From an uncultured Eubacteriales bacterium (GTDB taxonomy: Bacteria > Acidobacteriota > Aminicenantia > Aminicenantales > Aminicenantaceae): a DNA stretch of 38,095 nt. The position numbers were made by a program, and so were the translations under genes. Numbering within the stretch: position 1 is the first letter of the stretch; every line of letters starts with the position of its first letter. Shown here piece after piece: positions 1-8,601 of this stretch. Location of the stretch: positions 1 to 38,095 of the forward strand of contig CAYUXD010000002.1 in NCBI GenBank assembly GCA_964448655.1, given 5' to 3'. The notes under the pieces were generated by a model that saw only the letters and a list, made by a program, of their open reading frames with translations, was not told where the DNA came from and searched no databases.

Positions 1-37
1 TTTATTAACATACTTCCTCTAAAGTCAAAGAGAAGAC

Positions 38-172
38 ATGAAAAGAACTTTCCAACCTAATAAAAGAAAGAGAAAAAAAAATCACGGCTTTTTAGTCCGG
101 ATGAGAACTAAAGGTGGCCAGCATGTCATCAAGAACAGAAGACAAAAAGGAAGAAAAAGACTTGCTGGCTAA
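38..172 (+). CDS. rpmH: 50S ribosomal protein L34
   Basis: 44-codon ORF below the ORF-track cutoff, read by hand: [44 protein letters not shown]. This is the classic L34 sequence. Its stop overlaps the rnpA start (TAATG at 170-174). Confidence 0.9.
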   Translation: MKRTFQPNKRKRKKNHGFLVRMRTKGGQHVIKNRRQKGRKRLAG

Positions 173-519
173 TGAACGAAACCCTTAGCCCTCAGGAGAG
201 GATAAGAAATAAAAAAGAATTTTCGCAGCTTTACAAAAAGGGCAACCGTTACAGAGGAAAATATTTTAATCTTATCTATATCTCCAACGACTTGAGTTTC
301 TCCAGAATGGCTGTTGTCATCAGCAAAAAAGTAGGTAATGCCGTTAAAAGAAATAAAATCAAAAGACAGATGAGATCTCTCTTCCGAAGGAATAAAAACC
401 TGTTCGAAAGCCCCTTTGACATCTTAATCATTGCTAAAAAAGAAATCCTCGAAGCCTCCTGGCTCATGCTTCAGGAAGACTACTTTGCTGCCCTAAGATC
501 CATCGGTCAAAATAGATAA
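172..519 (+). CDS. rnpA: RNase P protein component
   Basis: 115 aa and basic, with the [17 protein letters not shown] motif typical of RnpA. Conserved rpmH-rnpA-yidD-yidC synteny. Confidence 0.9.
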   Translation: MNETLSPQERIRNKKEFSQLYKKGNRYRGKYFNLIYISNDLSFSRMAVVISKKVGNAVKRNKIKRQMRSLFRRNKNLFESPFDILIIAKKEILEASWLMLQEDYFAALRSIGQNR

Positions 520-524
520 TCTCT

Positions 525-734
525 ATGAAAAACATTGTTTTGTTTTTGATAAGATGTTACCAAGTGCTCATCTCACCGCTGCTTGGCCGTCACTGCCGTT
601 TCTATCCTACATGCTCGAGCTATACCTACGAAGCCATAAAAAAGCATGGTTTGCTTAAAGGAATATTTTTGGGAGGGAAAAGGCTTCTCAAGTGTCACCC
701 ATTTCACCCAGGAGGAGTCGATCTCGTTCCTTAA
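525..734 (+). CDS. yidD: membrane protein insertion efficiency factor YidD
   Basis: 69 aa with the YQ..ISP..G..CRF.PTCS.Y..EAI..HG signature. Sits between rnpA and yidC. Confidence 0.85.
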   Translation: MKNIVLFLIRCYQVLISPLLGRHCRFYPTCSSYTYEAIKKHGLLKGIFLGGKRLLKCHPFHPGGVDLVP

Positions 735-745
735 GAGGTCCATAG

Positions 746-2443
746 ATGGAAAAAAGAGTACTAATAGCTATTGTCCTTTCTTTCCTGATTTTGATTCTCT
801 ATCAGGCATTTTTCATTAAAAAACAGCCACAGCCAGAAGTTCCACCAGAAAGTCTCACAGAGATAGAGAAAAAGCCTGAGCAAAAGCCTGCAGAAAGAGA
901 ACTCCTTTCTCCTCCAGCGATAACAGAGGAAAGAGAGCCTGCAGAAGAAGAGAGAGACCTTCAGCCGATCTCAGCCCAGGCTAAAAAAGAAATCCTGATC
1001 GATACTTCTTTGTATCAAGCTGTATGGAGTAATAGGGGAGCGGTGTTAGAGAGTTGGAAGCTTAAAAAACATACGGATGAGAATAGAGAAGACTTGGAGC
1101 TTGTTTCTCTACGAGCGGCAGAGCTTGATATATATCCTTTTTCCCTGAGAACAGATGATTCATCCTTCGATAGCACTATCAACACTGCCCTCTTCGAATT
1201 CTCAAATCTCAAGCTAGAACTGGAAGGCGGCCGGACAGGTGAACTCCGCTTTCAGTATGCAGATGATAAAGGGACCCGCGTGGAGAAAATCCTTACTTTC
1301 CAGGATGGAAAATATGATTTTGATGTGACAATCAATGTTTGGAAATACGGACAAAAAATCGAGTTCCATGCTCTTTGGGGTCCAGGCATTGGTAATCCCA
1401 CTGCAACCGAGCTAAAGAGCCGGTTCGGAGGAGCAAGAGGCATGGCTGTTTTTCCACCGCCAGCTCGCCCTAAAAAAGACCGTTTGGAAGAAAGAAAATT
1501 TGCGCAAATAAAGCAATGGGAAGATTTGACCGCGAAGAAACATAATGATTTTTATTTCGTCCAATGGGCCGCCTATGAAGATAATTACTACGCAGCACTT
1601 TTCCTCACTTCTCCTGAAAAAGCAACCGCGTCTTTCCTGCGAGAAGGGCCAGAAGAAAACCCTTACTTTTTTCTCTCCGCGAGCTCTCCCCAAAAGGTTT
1701 ATATAGGACCTAAAGATTTCGATATTTTAAGTAAGTTCGGCTACGAAGCAAAAAGACTGATAAAGTTCGGATTTTTTGGGGTTATTTCTGAAATCCTCCT
1801 CAGAGCCAGCAAATCTATCCATAAACGTATCCCTAACTGGGGAATCTCTATCATCATCCTCACTTTTATTATCAAAATTCTCTTTTTTCCCTTAACCTAC
1901 AGCAGCATGCGCTCCATGTCCAAGATGCAGGAACTCCAGCCCAAGATTAAAGCTCTGAAAGCCAAATACAAAAAGGCCAAACAGGATATCGCCCAGCGCC
2001 GCAAAATGAACGAAGAAATCATGAAACTCTACAAACAACACGGTGTCAATCCGGCTGGAGGCTGCTTACCCCTGCTCATCCAAATCCCCGTCTTCTGGGG
2101 ATTTTTCCGGCTTCTGGTCGTAGCCATTGAATTCAGGCACAGTCCCTTCATTTTTTGGATAAAAGACCTTTCCGTAAAGGATCCATTCTATGTTACTCCA
2201 ATCCTGATGGGCATCACTCAATTCATAAGCCAGAAAATGACCCCCACATCTGCTGACCCCACTCAGGCAAGGATGATGCTCTTCATGCCTGTTATAATGA
2301 CTATCTTTTTTGCACAATTTCAAAGCGGCCTTGTCCTTTACTGGCTGACCAACAATGTCCTCCAAATCGGCCAGCAGTACATCATGAATCGCTTGAGGCA
2401 AAAGAAAAAGAGAGAATCTCATGGCAAAAGAAGAAAAAAATAA
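746..2443 (+). CDS. yidC: membrane protein insertase YidC (long, diderm type)
   Basis: 565 aa. N-terminal TM helix, a large periplasmic domain, and the C-terminal 60-kDa insertase core (GGCLPLLIQIPVFWGFF, LYWLTNNVLQIGQQ) with a basic tail. GAGG Shine-Dalgarno upstream. Confidence 0.9.
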   Translation: MEKRVLIAIVLSFLILILYQAFFIKKQPQPEVPPESLTEIEKKPEQKPAERELLSPPAITEEREPAEEERDLQPISAQAKKEILIDTSLYQAVWSNRGAVLESWKLKKHTDENREDLELVSLRAAELDIYPFSLRTDDSSFDSTINTALFEFSNLKLELEGGRTGELRFQYADDKGTRVEKILTFQDGKYDFDVTINVWKYGQKIEFHALWGPGIGNPTATELKSRFGGARGMAVFPPPARPKKDRLEERKFAQIKQWEDLTAKKHNDFYFVQWAAYEDNYYAALFLTSPEKATASFLREGPEENPYFFLSASSPQKVYIGPKDFDILSKFGYEAKRLIKFGFFGVISEILLRASKSIHKRIPNWGISIIILTFIIKILFFPLTYSSMRSMSKMQELQPKIKALKAKYKKAKQDIAQRRKMNEEIMKLYKQHGVNPAGGCLPLLIQIPVFWGFFRLLVVAIEFRHSPFIFWIKDLSVKDPFYVTPILMGITQFISQKMTPTSADPTQARMMLFMPVIMTIFFAQFQSGLVLYWLTNNVLQIGQQYIMNRLRQKKKRESHGKRRKK

Positions 2444-3053
2444 TCAAGAAAAAGAATTCAAAGGAAAAAATTTAGACGAAGTCATTGGCCACGCCGAGCA
2501 TGTTCTCAAGCTCCCCCGGAGCAAAATAAACTATGAAATTGTCACAGAAAAAACAAAGCTCTTTGGAATCAAGACTAAAGAGATTGTAATCCGCGCCTGG
2601 CCGCGGGAAGAACCAGAAGAAAATCCTGTGGCTAAATTTCTCGATCAGATCCTGTCTCTTCTGCCCCTTGAAATAAACTACCAGATAAAAAGAAAAAACG
2701 ACATGATCTATCTCATTTTTGAAGGAGAGGACAAACACTTTCTCCTGCACAAAGATGGATCACTGCTCCATGCCTTTCAACACATCCTCAATAAAATCTC
2801 TCCCCAAAAAGTTCAAGCCGACTGCGAATTTTATAGAAAAAAGCAAGAAACGCAGTTAAGGGAGTATGCCCAGCATATTGCTCATCATGTCCACGAAACG
2901 GGCAAGGATGAAATCCTGGATATGATGAATCCTTATGAAAGAAGAATCGTCCATATAGCTGTGAATCAAGTTTCAGGAACTTCGACTGAAAGTATCGGCG
3001 ATGGATTTCTGAAACGAATCAAAATTTTCCCCGTAAAGAGCGAAACCAAATAA
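2421..3053 (+). CDS. jag: Jag/KhpB-type RNA-binding protein (KH + R3H domains)
   Basis: 210 aa. C-terminal R3H-like block ERRIVHIAVNQVSGTSTESIGDG. Conserved position after yidC, overlapping the yidC 3' end by 23 nt. Confidence 0.8.
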   Translation: MAKEEKNNQEKEFKGKNLDEVIGHAEHVLKLPRSKINYEIVTEKTKLFGIKTKEIVIRAWPREEPEENPVAKFLDQILSLLPLEINYQIKRKNDMIYLIFEGEDKHFLLHKDGSLLHAFQHILNKISPQKVQADCEFYRKKQETQLREYAQHIAHHVHETGKDEILDMMNPYERRIVHIAVNQVSGTSTESIGDGFLKRIKIFPVKSETK

Positions 3054-3289
3054 AGGGGACAGGCTACTTTTTCAATAAGAACGAGAATAATCTCTACTCG
3101 TGGACAGTACACCAGAAAGAGTAGCCTATCTCCTCTTAGCTCTTAAGAAATATTTCTATTATGTGGGATAAGGTCTTGCCATCGGGGAACGATATTTTCC
3201 CGCACTCTCGTCCTTATAGCATTCCATTGGATAAGGCTTGATCCCAACACTAGAAAAAGCAGCCTGTCCCCTTTTTTTCCCTTTTTTCC
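3052..3289. repeat. palindromic MITE/REP-like element, copy 1 (also a likely intrinsic terminator after jag)
   Basis: Left arm AAAGGGGACAGGCTACTTTTTC (3052-3073) pairs with GAAAAAGCAGCCTGTCCCCTTT (3253-3274), 21/22. An 81-bp centre (3165-3245) lies between them. A degenerate extra arm sits at 3114-3134. The tail is CCCCTTTTTTTCCCTTTTTTCC. No ORF. A second copy lies at 25509-25676. Confidence 0.6.
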
Positions 3290-3293
3290 GCAC

Positions 3294-3322
3294 TTTACGT
3301 TTTACCCTTCACGTTTTATTAT
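3294..3322 (+). promoter_or_regulatory. candidate sigma70-type promoter for mnmE (near-leaderless)
   Basis: TTTACG (3294-3299), 17-nt spacer, TATTAT (3317-3322). The mnmE ATG follows only 9 nt later with no Shine-Dalgarno. Pattern match only. Confidence 0.3.
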
Positions 3323-3331
3323 ATATGAGTC

Positions 3332-4699
3332 ATGCTTGAAGATACGATCATTGCCATCTCCACCCCTCTGGGCTACGGTGGTCTGGGCATCGTCCGTCTC
3401 AGCGGAAAAAAATCACTGCCGATAGCCAAAAAAATGTTCAAGCCGAAGAAAAACAAGGCCCAAATCCCTCCTCGTCACCCCATTTTGGGAAACCTGTATC
3501 ATTTTGAACAAAAGGAATTCTTCGAAGAAGCCTATCTGACTTATCTCCCTTCACCCCATACTTACACCAAGGAAGATGTGGTGGAAATAAGCTGTCATGG
3601 AAGTCCTGTAATCCTCGAGGAGGTTGTCCGCCTCGGCATAAAAGCCGGAGCAAGACACGCCAGACCCGGAGAGTTCACTCTTCGGGCTTTTCTTAGCGGA
3701 AGAATCGACATTCTCCAGGCTGAACCAAAAAACCAAAACAACCAACCCCCCACATAAAAACACCCAAAAATAACCAATACCCAGCTCGAACCAAACCATT
3801 CCCAAAAAATAGCCACTCTCCCCAACAAGATTATCCACCTCCTCTCTCAAATCGAAGCCAGCATTGAATTCCCGGAGGAGGGACTGCGAATCTCTCCAAA
3901 GCAGATATCGAAAACAATGGAAAAGGCCATTCATTCCTTAAGAAATCTTGTAGAAAGCTATGATCTGGGAAAAACGCTTTCCGCAGGCCTGACATTAGCC
4001 ATCACAGGAAGAAAAAACGTGGGCAAATCTACTCTATTTAACTCACTTCTCCAAAAAGAAAGGGCCATTGTCACCCCTTATCCTGGAACGACAAGAGATT
4101 ATTTATGCGATAAATTAAATATAAATAGCTCCATTTTCACCCTGATCGACATGGCTGGTTTGGGCAGCCCCGTTCATATGGCAGAAAAAGAAGGGATAAA
4201 AAGAGCAAAAATACTGGCATCTCAGGCTGATGGAGTGCTCCTTCTCCTTGATTCTTCTCAAGGCAAAAGCTCTGAAGATGTTAAGCTTATCAAAAAATTT
4301 AAAAACAAAAAGACCATTCTCCTTTTTAATAAAATTGATCTCCCTCAAAAAATGAGCAAAAAAAATGTTAAAAGCCGGGCAGAATCCCTGCCTGCGCTTG
4401 AAATTTCAGCTTTAAAAGGAACAAACCTAGGGAAGCTTAAAGAGATGATCTATGAGTTTTTTGTCCCCAATCAGAAACAGGGAGAAGAGGTTATTCTTCA
4501 TTTGCGGCAAAAACTCCTGCTTGAAAATATACTTGACCACTTGATTGACGGCCTCCGCCTCCTTAAAGAAGGCCATCCCGAAGAAATTTATGCTGAAGAA
4601 ATCCGAAAGACAATCCCTTTAATCGGCCAGCTTACTGGAGAAATTCATACGGATGATATCATTGAAGACATGTTCAGCAGATTCTGTGTAGGAAAATAG
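3332..4699 (+). pseudogene. mnmE: tRNA modification GTPase MnmE, interrupted by one in-frame TAA (3755-3757) inside an A/C-only tract
   Basis: ORF fragments 3332-3757 (N-terminal domain, DTIIAISTP.G.GGLGIVRLSG) and 3917-4699 (G domain GRKNVGKSTLFN, C-terminal FCVGK) share one frame. Hand translation of 3758-3916 continues as MnmE (LLSQIEASIEFPEEGL). Total length is 455 codons, the normal MnmE size. Confidence 0.85.
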
Positions 4700-4707
4700 G
4701 AAAAAAG

Positions 4708-6570
4708 ATGAATTTTGTGGATGAATATGACGTTATTGTAGTCGGCGCCGGTCACGCAGGATGTGAAGCCGCTTACGCAGCCTCTACCATGGGTCTTGAA
4801 ACATGCCTCATCACCATCAATCTCGAAACAATCGCTCAGATGTCCTGCAATCCTGCTATAGGAGGACTGGCCAAAGGACATCTGGTCCGAGAAATAGACG
4901 CCCTGGGCGGTATCATGGGTCTCCTGGCTGACGAGACAGGAATACAATTCAGACTCCTGAATCGAAGTCGGGGTGGAGCGGTTCAAGCACCAAGGGCACA
5001 ATCTGATAAAGCCCTCTACAGGCTGACCATGAAAAACTGGTTGGAAAAAGTCCCGAATTTAACGCTCTTCCAGGGAATTGTCACAGAAATTCTTATAAAG
5101 GATAAAAGAGTGCAAGGAGTTATGACTTTGGAAGGAAATCGGCTGTTAGCAAAAGCTCTTATCTTGACTCCGGGAACATTCTTGAACGGCCTCATCCACA
5201 TCGGCCTTCATAGTTATTCCGCAGGAAGAGCTAACGAGCCAACTTCACACGAGCTCAGCGAAAATTTGAAAAAATTAGGACTGAAAACATTTCGTTTGAA
5301 AACGGGCACACCGATGAGACTTCATGAACAAACCATAGACTGGAGCCAGTTTACCCCTCAACCCGGAGATAAAAAGCCAATTCCTTTTTCTTTTCGTACT
5401 AAAAAAGAGCTAAAAAACCAAATCCTCTGCCATATTGGATATACGAATCAAAAAACCCATGAAGTTATCAGAAAGAATCTGGATAAATCCCCTCTGTACA
5501 GCGGAAAAATAATTGGTATAGGGATTCGTTACTGTCCTTCTATAGAGGATAAAGTCGTCAAATTTCCCCATCATCAAAGACATCAATTTTTTCTTGAGCC
5601 TGAAGGCTTAGAGACAGCCGAAATATACGTTAACGGCATCTCCTCCAGTCTGCCTCTTGAAACCCAGAAGGAAATCCTGAAAAGTATCCCTGGCCTGGAT
5701 ACGGCGAAAATATTGAGGCCAGCTTACGGCATTGAATACGATGCAGTTATTCCTACCCAACTTAACCCCTCTCTCGAAACAAAAAATATTAAAAATTTGT
5801 TCTTGGCCGGCCAGATCAACGGAACCTCTGGGTACGAAGAAGCAGCTGCCCAAGGCTTGATGGCCGGCATAAATGCTTCTTTAAAAATAAAAAAGGAGAA
5901 ATATTTCGTTCTTGGGAGGGATGAGGCGTATATAGGGGTGCTCATCGATGATCTCGTCACTAAAGGAGTTGATGAGCCTTATCGTCTCTTCACATCGCGC
6001 GCTGAATACAGGCTCCTCCTTCGGATTGACAATGCGGATAAAAGGTTGACTCAGTATGGATACAATTATGGGCTCATTAAAGAACAAGACTATGAAGCTT
6101 ACCAAAAAAAACAGGAGAGGATAGAAAAAGCTATGCATTTTCTCCAGAAAGAAAGAATAATAACAGAAAATAAAGAAAAACTGAGGCTGAAGGACCTGCT
6201 AAAAAAACCTGAAGTGAAATTCAAAAATGTGGTAGAATATAAAAAATTCAGTGGGCTGTTAACTGATGAAGAAATACGACATGTCGAGTCAGAGGTAAAA
6301 TACGAGGGCTATTTAAAAAAACAAGAGAAAGAAATTGCCAGAATTAAAAAAATTGAGGGAGAGAAAATCCCAGAAAATACAAATTTCAGGAAAATACCTG
6401 GGCTGACTGGGGAAGTGATGGAAAAATTGGAAGAAATTCGGCCTCAAACGATAGGGGAGGCAAAAAAGATCCCTGGAATAACTCCCGCAGCCACACTGAA
6501 CCTGCATATCTATTTAAGCATTCAAAAGAGGAAATCAGAAAAAGGGGAAATGTTCCACGTGAAACATTAG
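4708..6570 (+). CDS. mnmG: tRNA uridine 5-carboxymethylaminomethyl modification enzyme MnmG (GidA)
   Basis: 620 aa. N-terminal FAD fold YDVIVVGAGHAGCEAA, then NPAIGG.AKGHLVREIDALGG. Conserved mnmE-mnmG-parAB synteny. Confidence 0.95.
   Translation: MNFVDEYDVIVVGAGHAGCEAAYAASTMGLETCLITINLETIAQMSCNPAIGGLAKGHLVREIDALGGIMGLLADETGIQFRLLNRSRGGAVQAPRAQSDKALYRLTMKNWLEKVPNLTLFQGIVTEILIKDKRVQGVMTLEGNRLLAKALILTPGTFLNGLIHIGLHSYSAGRANEPTSHELSENLKKLGLKTFRLKTGTPMRLHEQTIDWSQFTPQPGDKKPIPFSFRTKKELKNQILCHIGYTNQKTHEVIRKNLDKSPLYSGKIIGIGIRYCPSIEDKVVKFPHHQRHQFFLEPEGLETAEIYVNGISSSLPLETQKEILKSIPGLDTAKILRPAYGIEYDAVIPTQLNPSLETKNIKNLFLAGQINGTSGYEEAAAQGLMAGINASLKIKKEKYFVLGRDEAYIGVLIDDLVTKGVDEPYRLFTSRAEYRLLLRIDNADKRLTQYGYNYGLIKEQDYEAYQKKQERIEKAMHFLQKERIITENKEKLRLKDLLKKPEVKFKNVVEYKKFSGLLTDEEIRHVESEVKYEGYLKKQEKEIARIKKIEGEKIPENTNFRKIPGLTGEVMEKLEEIRPQTIGEAKKIPGITPAATLNLHIYLSIQKRKSEKGEMFHVKH
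6551..6566. promoter_or_regulatory. parS centromere-like site
   Basis: TGTTCCACGTGAAACA matches the canonical parS palindrome TGTTTCACGTGAAACA at 15/16 positions. It lies in the last codons of mnmG, 10 nt upstream of the parA start. Confidence 0.7.
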
Positions 6571-6576
6571 ATAGCG

Positions 6577-7332
6577 ATGAGCAAGATTATAGCCATAGCC
6601 AACCAAAAGGGCGGAGTTGGGAAAACAACGACCGCGATTAACCTTGCCGCTTCTTTGGCTTTAAAGAAGAGGAAAGTTCTGGTTGTGGACTTGGACCCTC
6701 AAGGAATGGCTACCTCTGGCCTCGGGAAGAAAAAAGAGGACAAAAAGGGGATCTACCAGGCTCTGATGAACGGACAGGACATGACGGATTATATCCAGTC
6801 CACCGAGCTCGATAACCTCTATATCTGTCCTTCCTCCCCTGAACTGCTAGGAGTAGAGGCAGAACTTTTTTCCGAAGAAGCAAAAGAAAGGAGGCTGCAG
6901 GTTGCCCTAAGTAGAATAAAAAATTTCTTTAACTTTATTCTAATCGATTGCCCTCCTTCGCTGAGCTTTTTGACTATTAACGCTTTAACTGCTGCTGACT
7001 CAGTTCTTATTCCCGTACAATGCGAATTTTTCTGTATGCAAGGCATCCCAGAACTCCTTCACATCTATGATGAGGTTCGCACTCATTTGAACCCGTCTCT
7101 TTCCATCGAAGGTATTCTCTTGACTATGTTCGACGAACGAACAAACCTTTCCAAACAGGTTGCAGCAGAGGTTAAACGTTCTTTAAAGGGCATCATATTC
7201 GAGGTCATTATTCCTCGAACAGTAAGACTTGCCGAAGCTCCCAGTTTTGGCAAACCGATTCAGCTCCATGACAGAAAATCAAAAGGAGCCGAGGCCTATC
7301 TCAATTTAGCGCGGGAGATGCTACAGATATGA
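6577..7332 (+). CDS. parA: chromosome partitioning ATPase ParA/Soj
   Basis: 251 aa. Deviant Walker [12 protein letters not shown], then DLDPQG and IDCPPSL motifs. Confidence 0.9.
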   Translation: MSKIIAIANQKGGVGKTTTAINLAASLALKKRKVLVVDLDPQGMATSGLGKKKEDKKGIYQALMNGQDMTDYIQSTELDNLYICPSSPELLGVEAELFSEEAKERRLQVALSRIKNFFNFILIDCPPSLSFLTINALTAADSVLIPVQCEFFCMQGIPELLHIYDEVRTHLNPSLSIEGILLTMFDERTNLSKQVAAEVKRSLKGIIFEVIIPRTVRLAEAPSFGKPIQLHDRKSKGAEAYLNLAREMLQI

Positions 7333-8168
7333 AAAGGAAAGCTTTAGGAAAAGGATTAAAGGCGTTCATCCCTGAAGAGTATGGAATACTAAAAGAAGAA
7401 AGATACGCTGATTTAGAAATTGAACAGCTCAAGCCGAATCCTCTTCAACCGAGGCTGAAATTCGACAAGGAATCTATTGATGAGCTAGCTCGCTCAATAA
7501 AAGAATCCGGAGTTCTCCAGCCTATTATCGTTGTTTCTGAAGGAAATCATTACCGAATTGTTGTTGGGGAAAGGAGGTGGCGTGCAGCTCAAAAAGTCGG
7601 CCTGCGAAAAATTCCATCTCTCATCCGCTCCATGCCCAAGGTGCAGCAGCTCGAGATATCCCTCGTGGAAAACCTTCAAAGGGAAGATCTCAATCCTTTA
7701 GAAATAGCCTTGGCCTATCAGAAATTAGTTCAAGAGCTGGACTATACTCAACAGGAAATCGCTGAAAAAGTTGGAAAAGACAGGACCTCTGTGGCCAATT
7801 ACCTGCGTCTTCTCAACCTTCCCAAAGAAATCCAGGATGATCTGGCAGAGCGTAAGATTTCTATGGGGCACGCCAGAGCTTTGATTGCTATTGAAGACCC
7901 CAAGCTCCAAATTTCTGTTTCACGCCAAATCATTCAAAAACATCTTTCTGTCCGGGATGTCGAAAAAATGGCTTACAAACTCAAACAGGCTGTACCCAGC
8001 CAAAAAAGACACATGCCTGATCCTGACCTTAAGGCTCTTCAAGAACAATTGGTCAAGCTGTTGGCAACGAAAGTTTCAATCTCGGGAAGCCAGAAAAAAG
8101 GGCATATCAAAATTTATTATTTCTCGACTGACGATTTAAACAGGATTTATGAAAAAATCAAGGAGTGA
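7329..8168 (+). CDS. parB: chromosome partitioning protein ParB/Spo0J
   Basis: 279 aa. ParB box [14 protein letters not shown] region [26 protein letters not shown] overlap with parA. Confidence 0.9.
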   Translation: MKRKALGKGLKAFIPEEYGILKEERYADLEIEQLKPNPLQPRLKFDKESIDELARSIKESGVLQPIIVVSEGNHYRIVVGERRWRAAQKVGLRKIPSLIRSMPKVQQLEISLVENLQREDLNPLEIALAYQKLVQELDYTQQEIAEKVGKDRTSVANYLRLLNLPKEIQDDLAERKISMGHARALIAIEDPKLQISVSRQIIQKHLSVRDVEKMAYKLKQAVPSQKRHMPDPDLKALQEQLVKLLATKVSISGSQKKGHIKIYYFSTDDLNRIYEKIKE

Positions 8169-8172
8169 ACCC

Positions 8173-8601
8173 ATGGAAGAAAAGACAGTAGATGAAAATA
8201 AGCTCACTGGTTTCTTCGATAAAGACACTGAAATTAGAGGTGATTTAATTTTTAAGGGTTCTTTCCGGATTGACGGACGTTTCATAGGAAAAATAGACTC
8301 TGAATCGGTACTTATTGTCGGGGATAATGGAAAAGTCGAAGCAGACATTAAAATTGGCAATATTATCATAAACGGCGAGGTCAAGGGCACCATCCAAGCT
8401 AAGGAAAAAGTCGAAATAAACGCCAGCGGAAGAGTAATCGGTACAGTCATAACGCCCAAATTAGCGGTGGAAGAAGGGGCTTATCTTGAGGCAAACTGCC
8501 AGATAACAAATCAAGTTTCTCCGGCGGAGAAAGAAGAAAAAGCCGAAGAGGTTCTCCAATCATTACCTGAGAAAAAACCTGATTCGGGATATCAAAGTTG
8601 A
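8173..8601 (+). CDS. bactofilin-family cytoskeletal protein
   Basis: Beta-helical repeat pattern typical of bactofilin/DUF583 (G.F.G....VLIVG..G.V.A.I....III.GEV.G.I.A...V.I...G.V.G), with an acidic, proline-rich tail. I prefer the ATG at 8173 (AGGAG at 8161-8165, 7-nt spacing) over the track start at 8149. Confidence 0.75.
   Translation: MEEKTVDENKLTGFFDKDTEIRGDLIFKGSFRIDGRFIGKIDSESVLIVGDNGKVEADIKIGNIIINGEVKGTIQAKEKVEINASGRVIGTVITPKLAVEEGAYLEANCQITNQVSPAEKEEKAEEVLQSLPEKKPDSGYQS

Noticed and set aside
3725-3783. Cytosine/adenine deamination (APOBEC- or ADAR-like) as the cause of the A/C-only tract
   Set aside because: Deamination would give G>A and T>C transitions on this strand. Back-translating under that model does not recover MnmE consensus residues: Ala would be ACN and Asp would be AAC/AAT. 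The G>C / T>A model does recover them.
3831-3839. DnaA-box-like TTATCCACC
   Set aside because: It is a single 8/9 match inside the mnmE coding sequence with no cluster. No oriC-like AT-rich unwinding region is visible, and only 37 nt exist upstream of rpmH, so nothing can be said about oriC.
3438-3934. Three - strand ORFs (71, 127 and 77 aa) antisense to mnmE, including W/G/F/V-rich stretches
   Set aside because: They are shadow frames of mnmE. The G/T-rich reverse complement of the A/C-only tract has few stop codons, which inflates ORF length.
6571-6576. Expected rsmG (gidB) between mnmG and parA
   Set aside because: It is simply absent. Only 6 nt separate mnmG from parA, so no degraded remnant can be present. 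This is noted as a synteny difference, not a finding.
7916-7931. Half parS (TGTTTCACG followed by CCAAATC) inside parB
   Set aside because: Only the left half-site matches and the right half is 3/7. This is probably chance.
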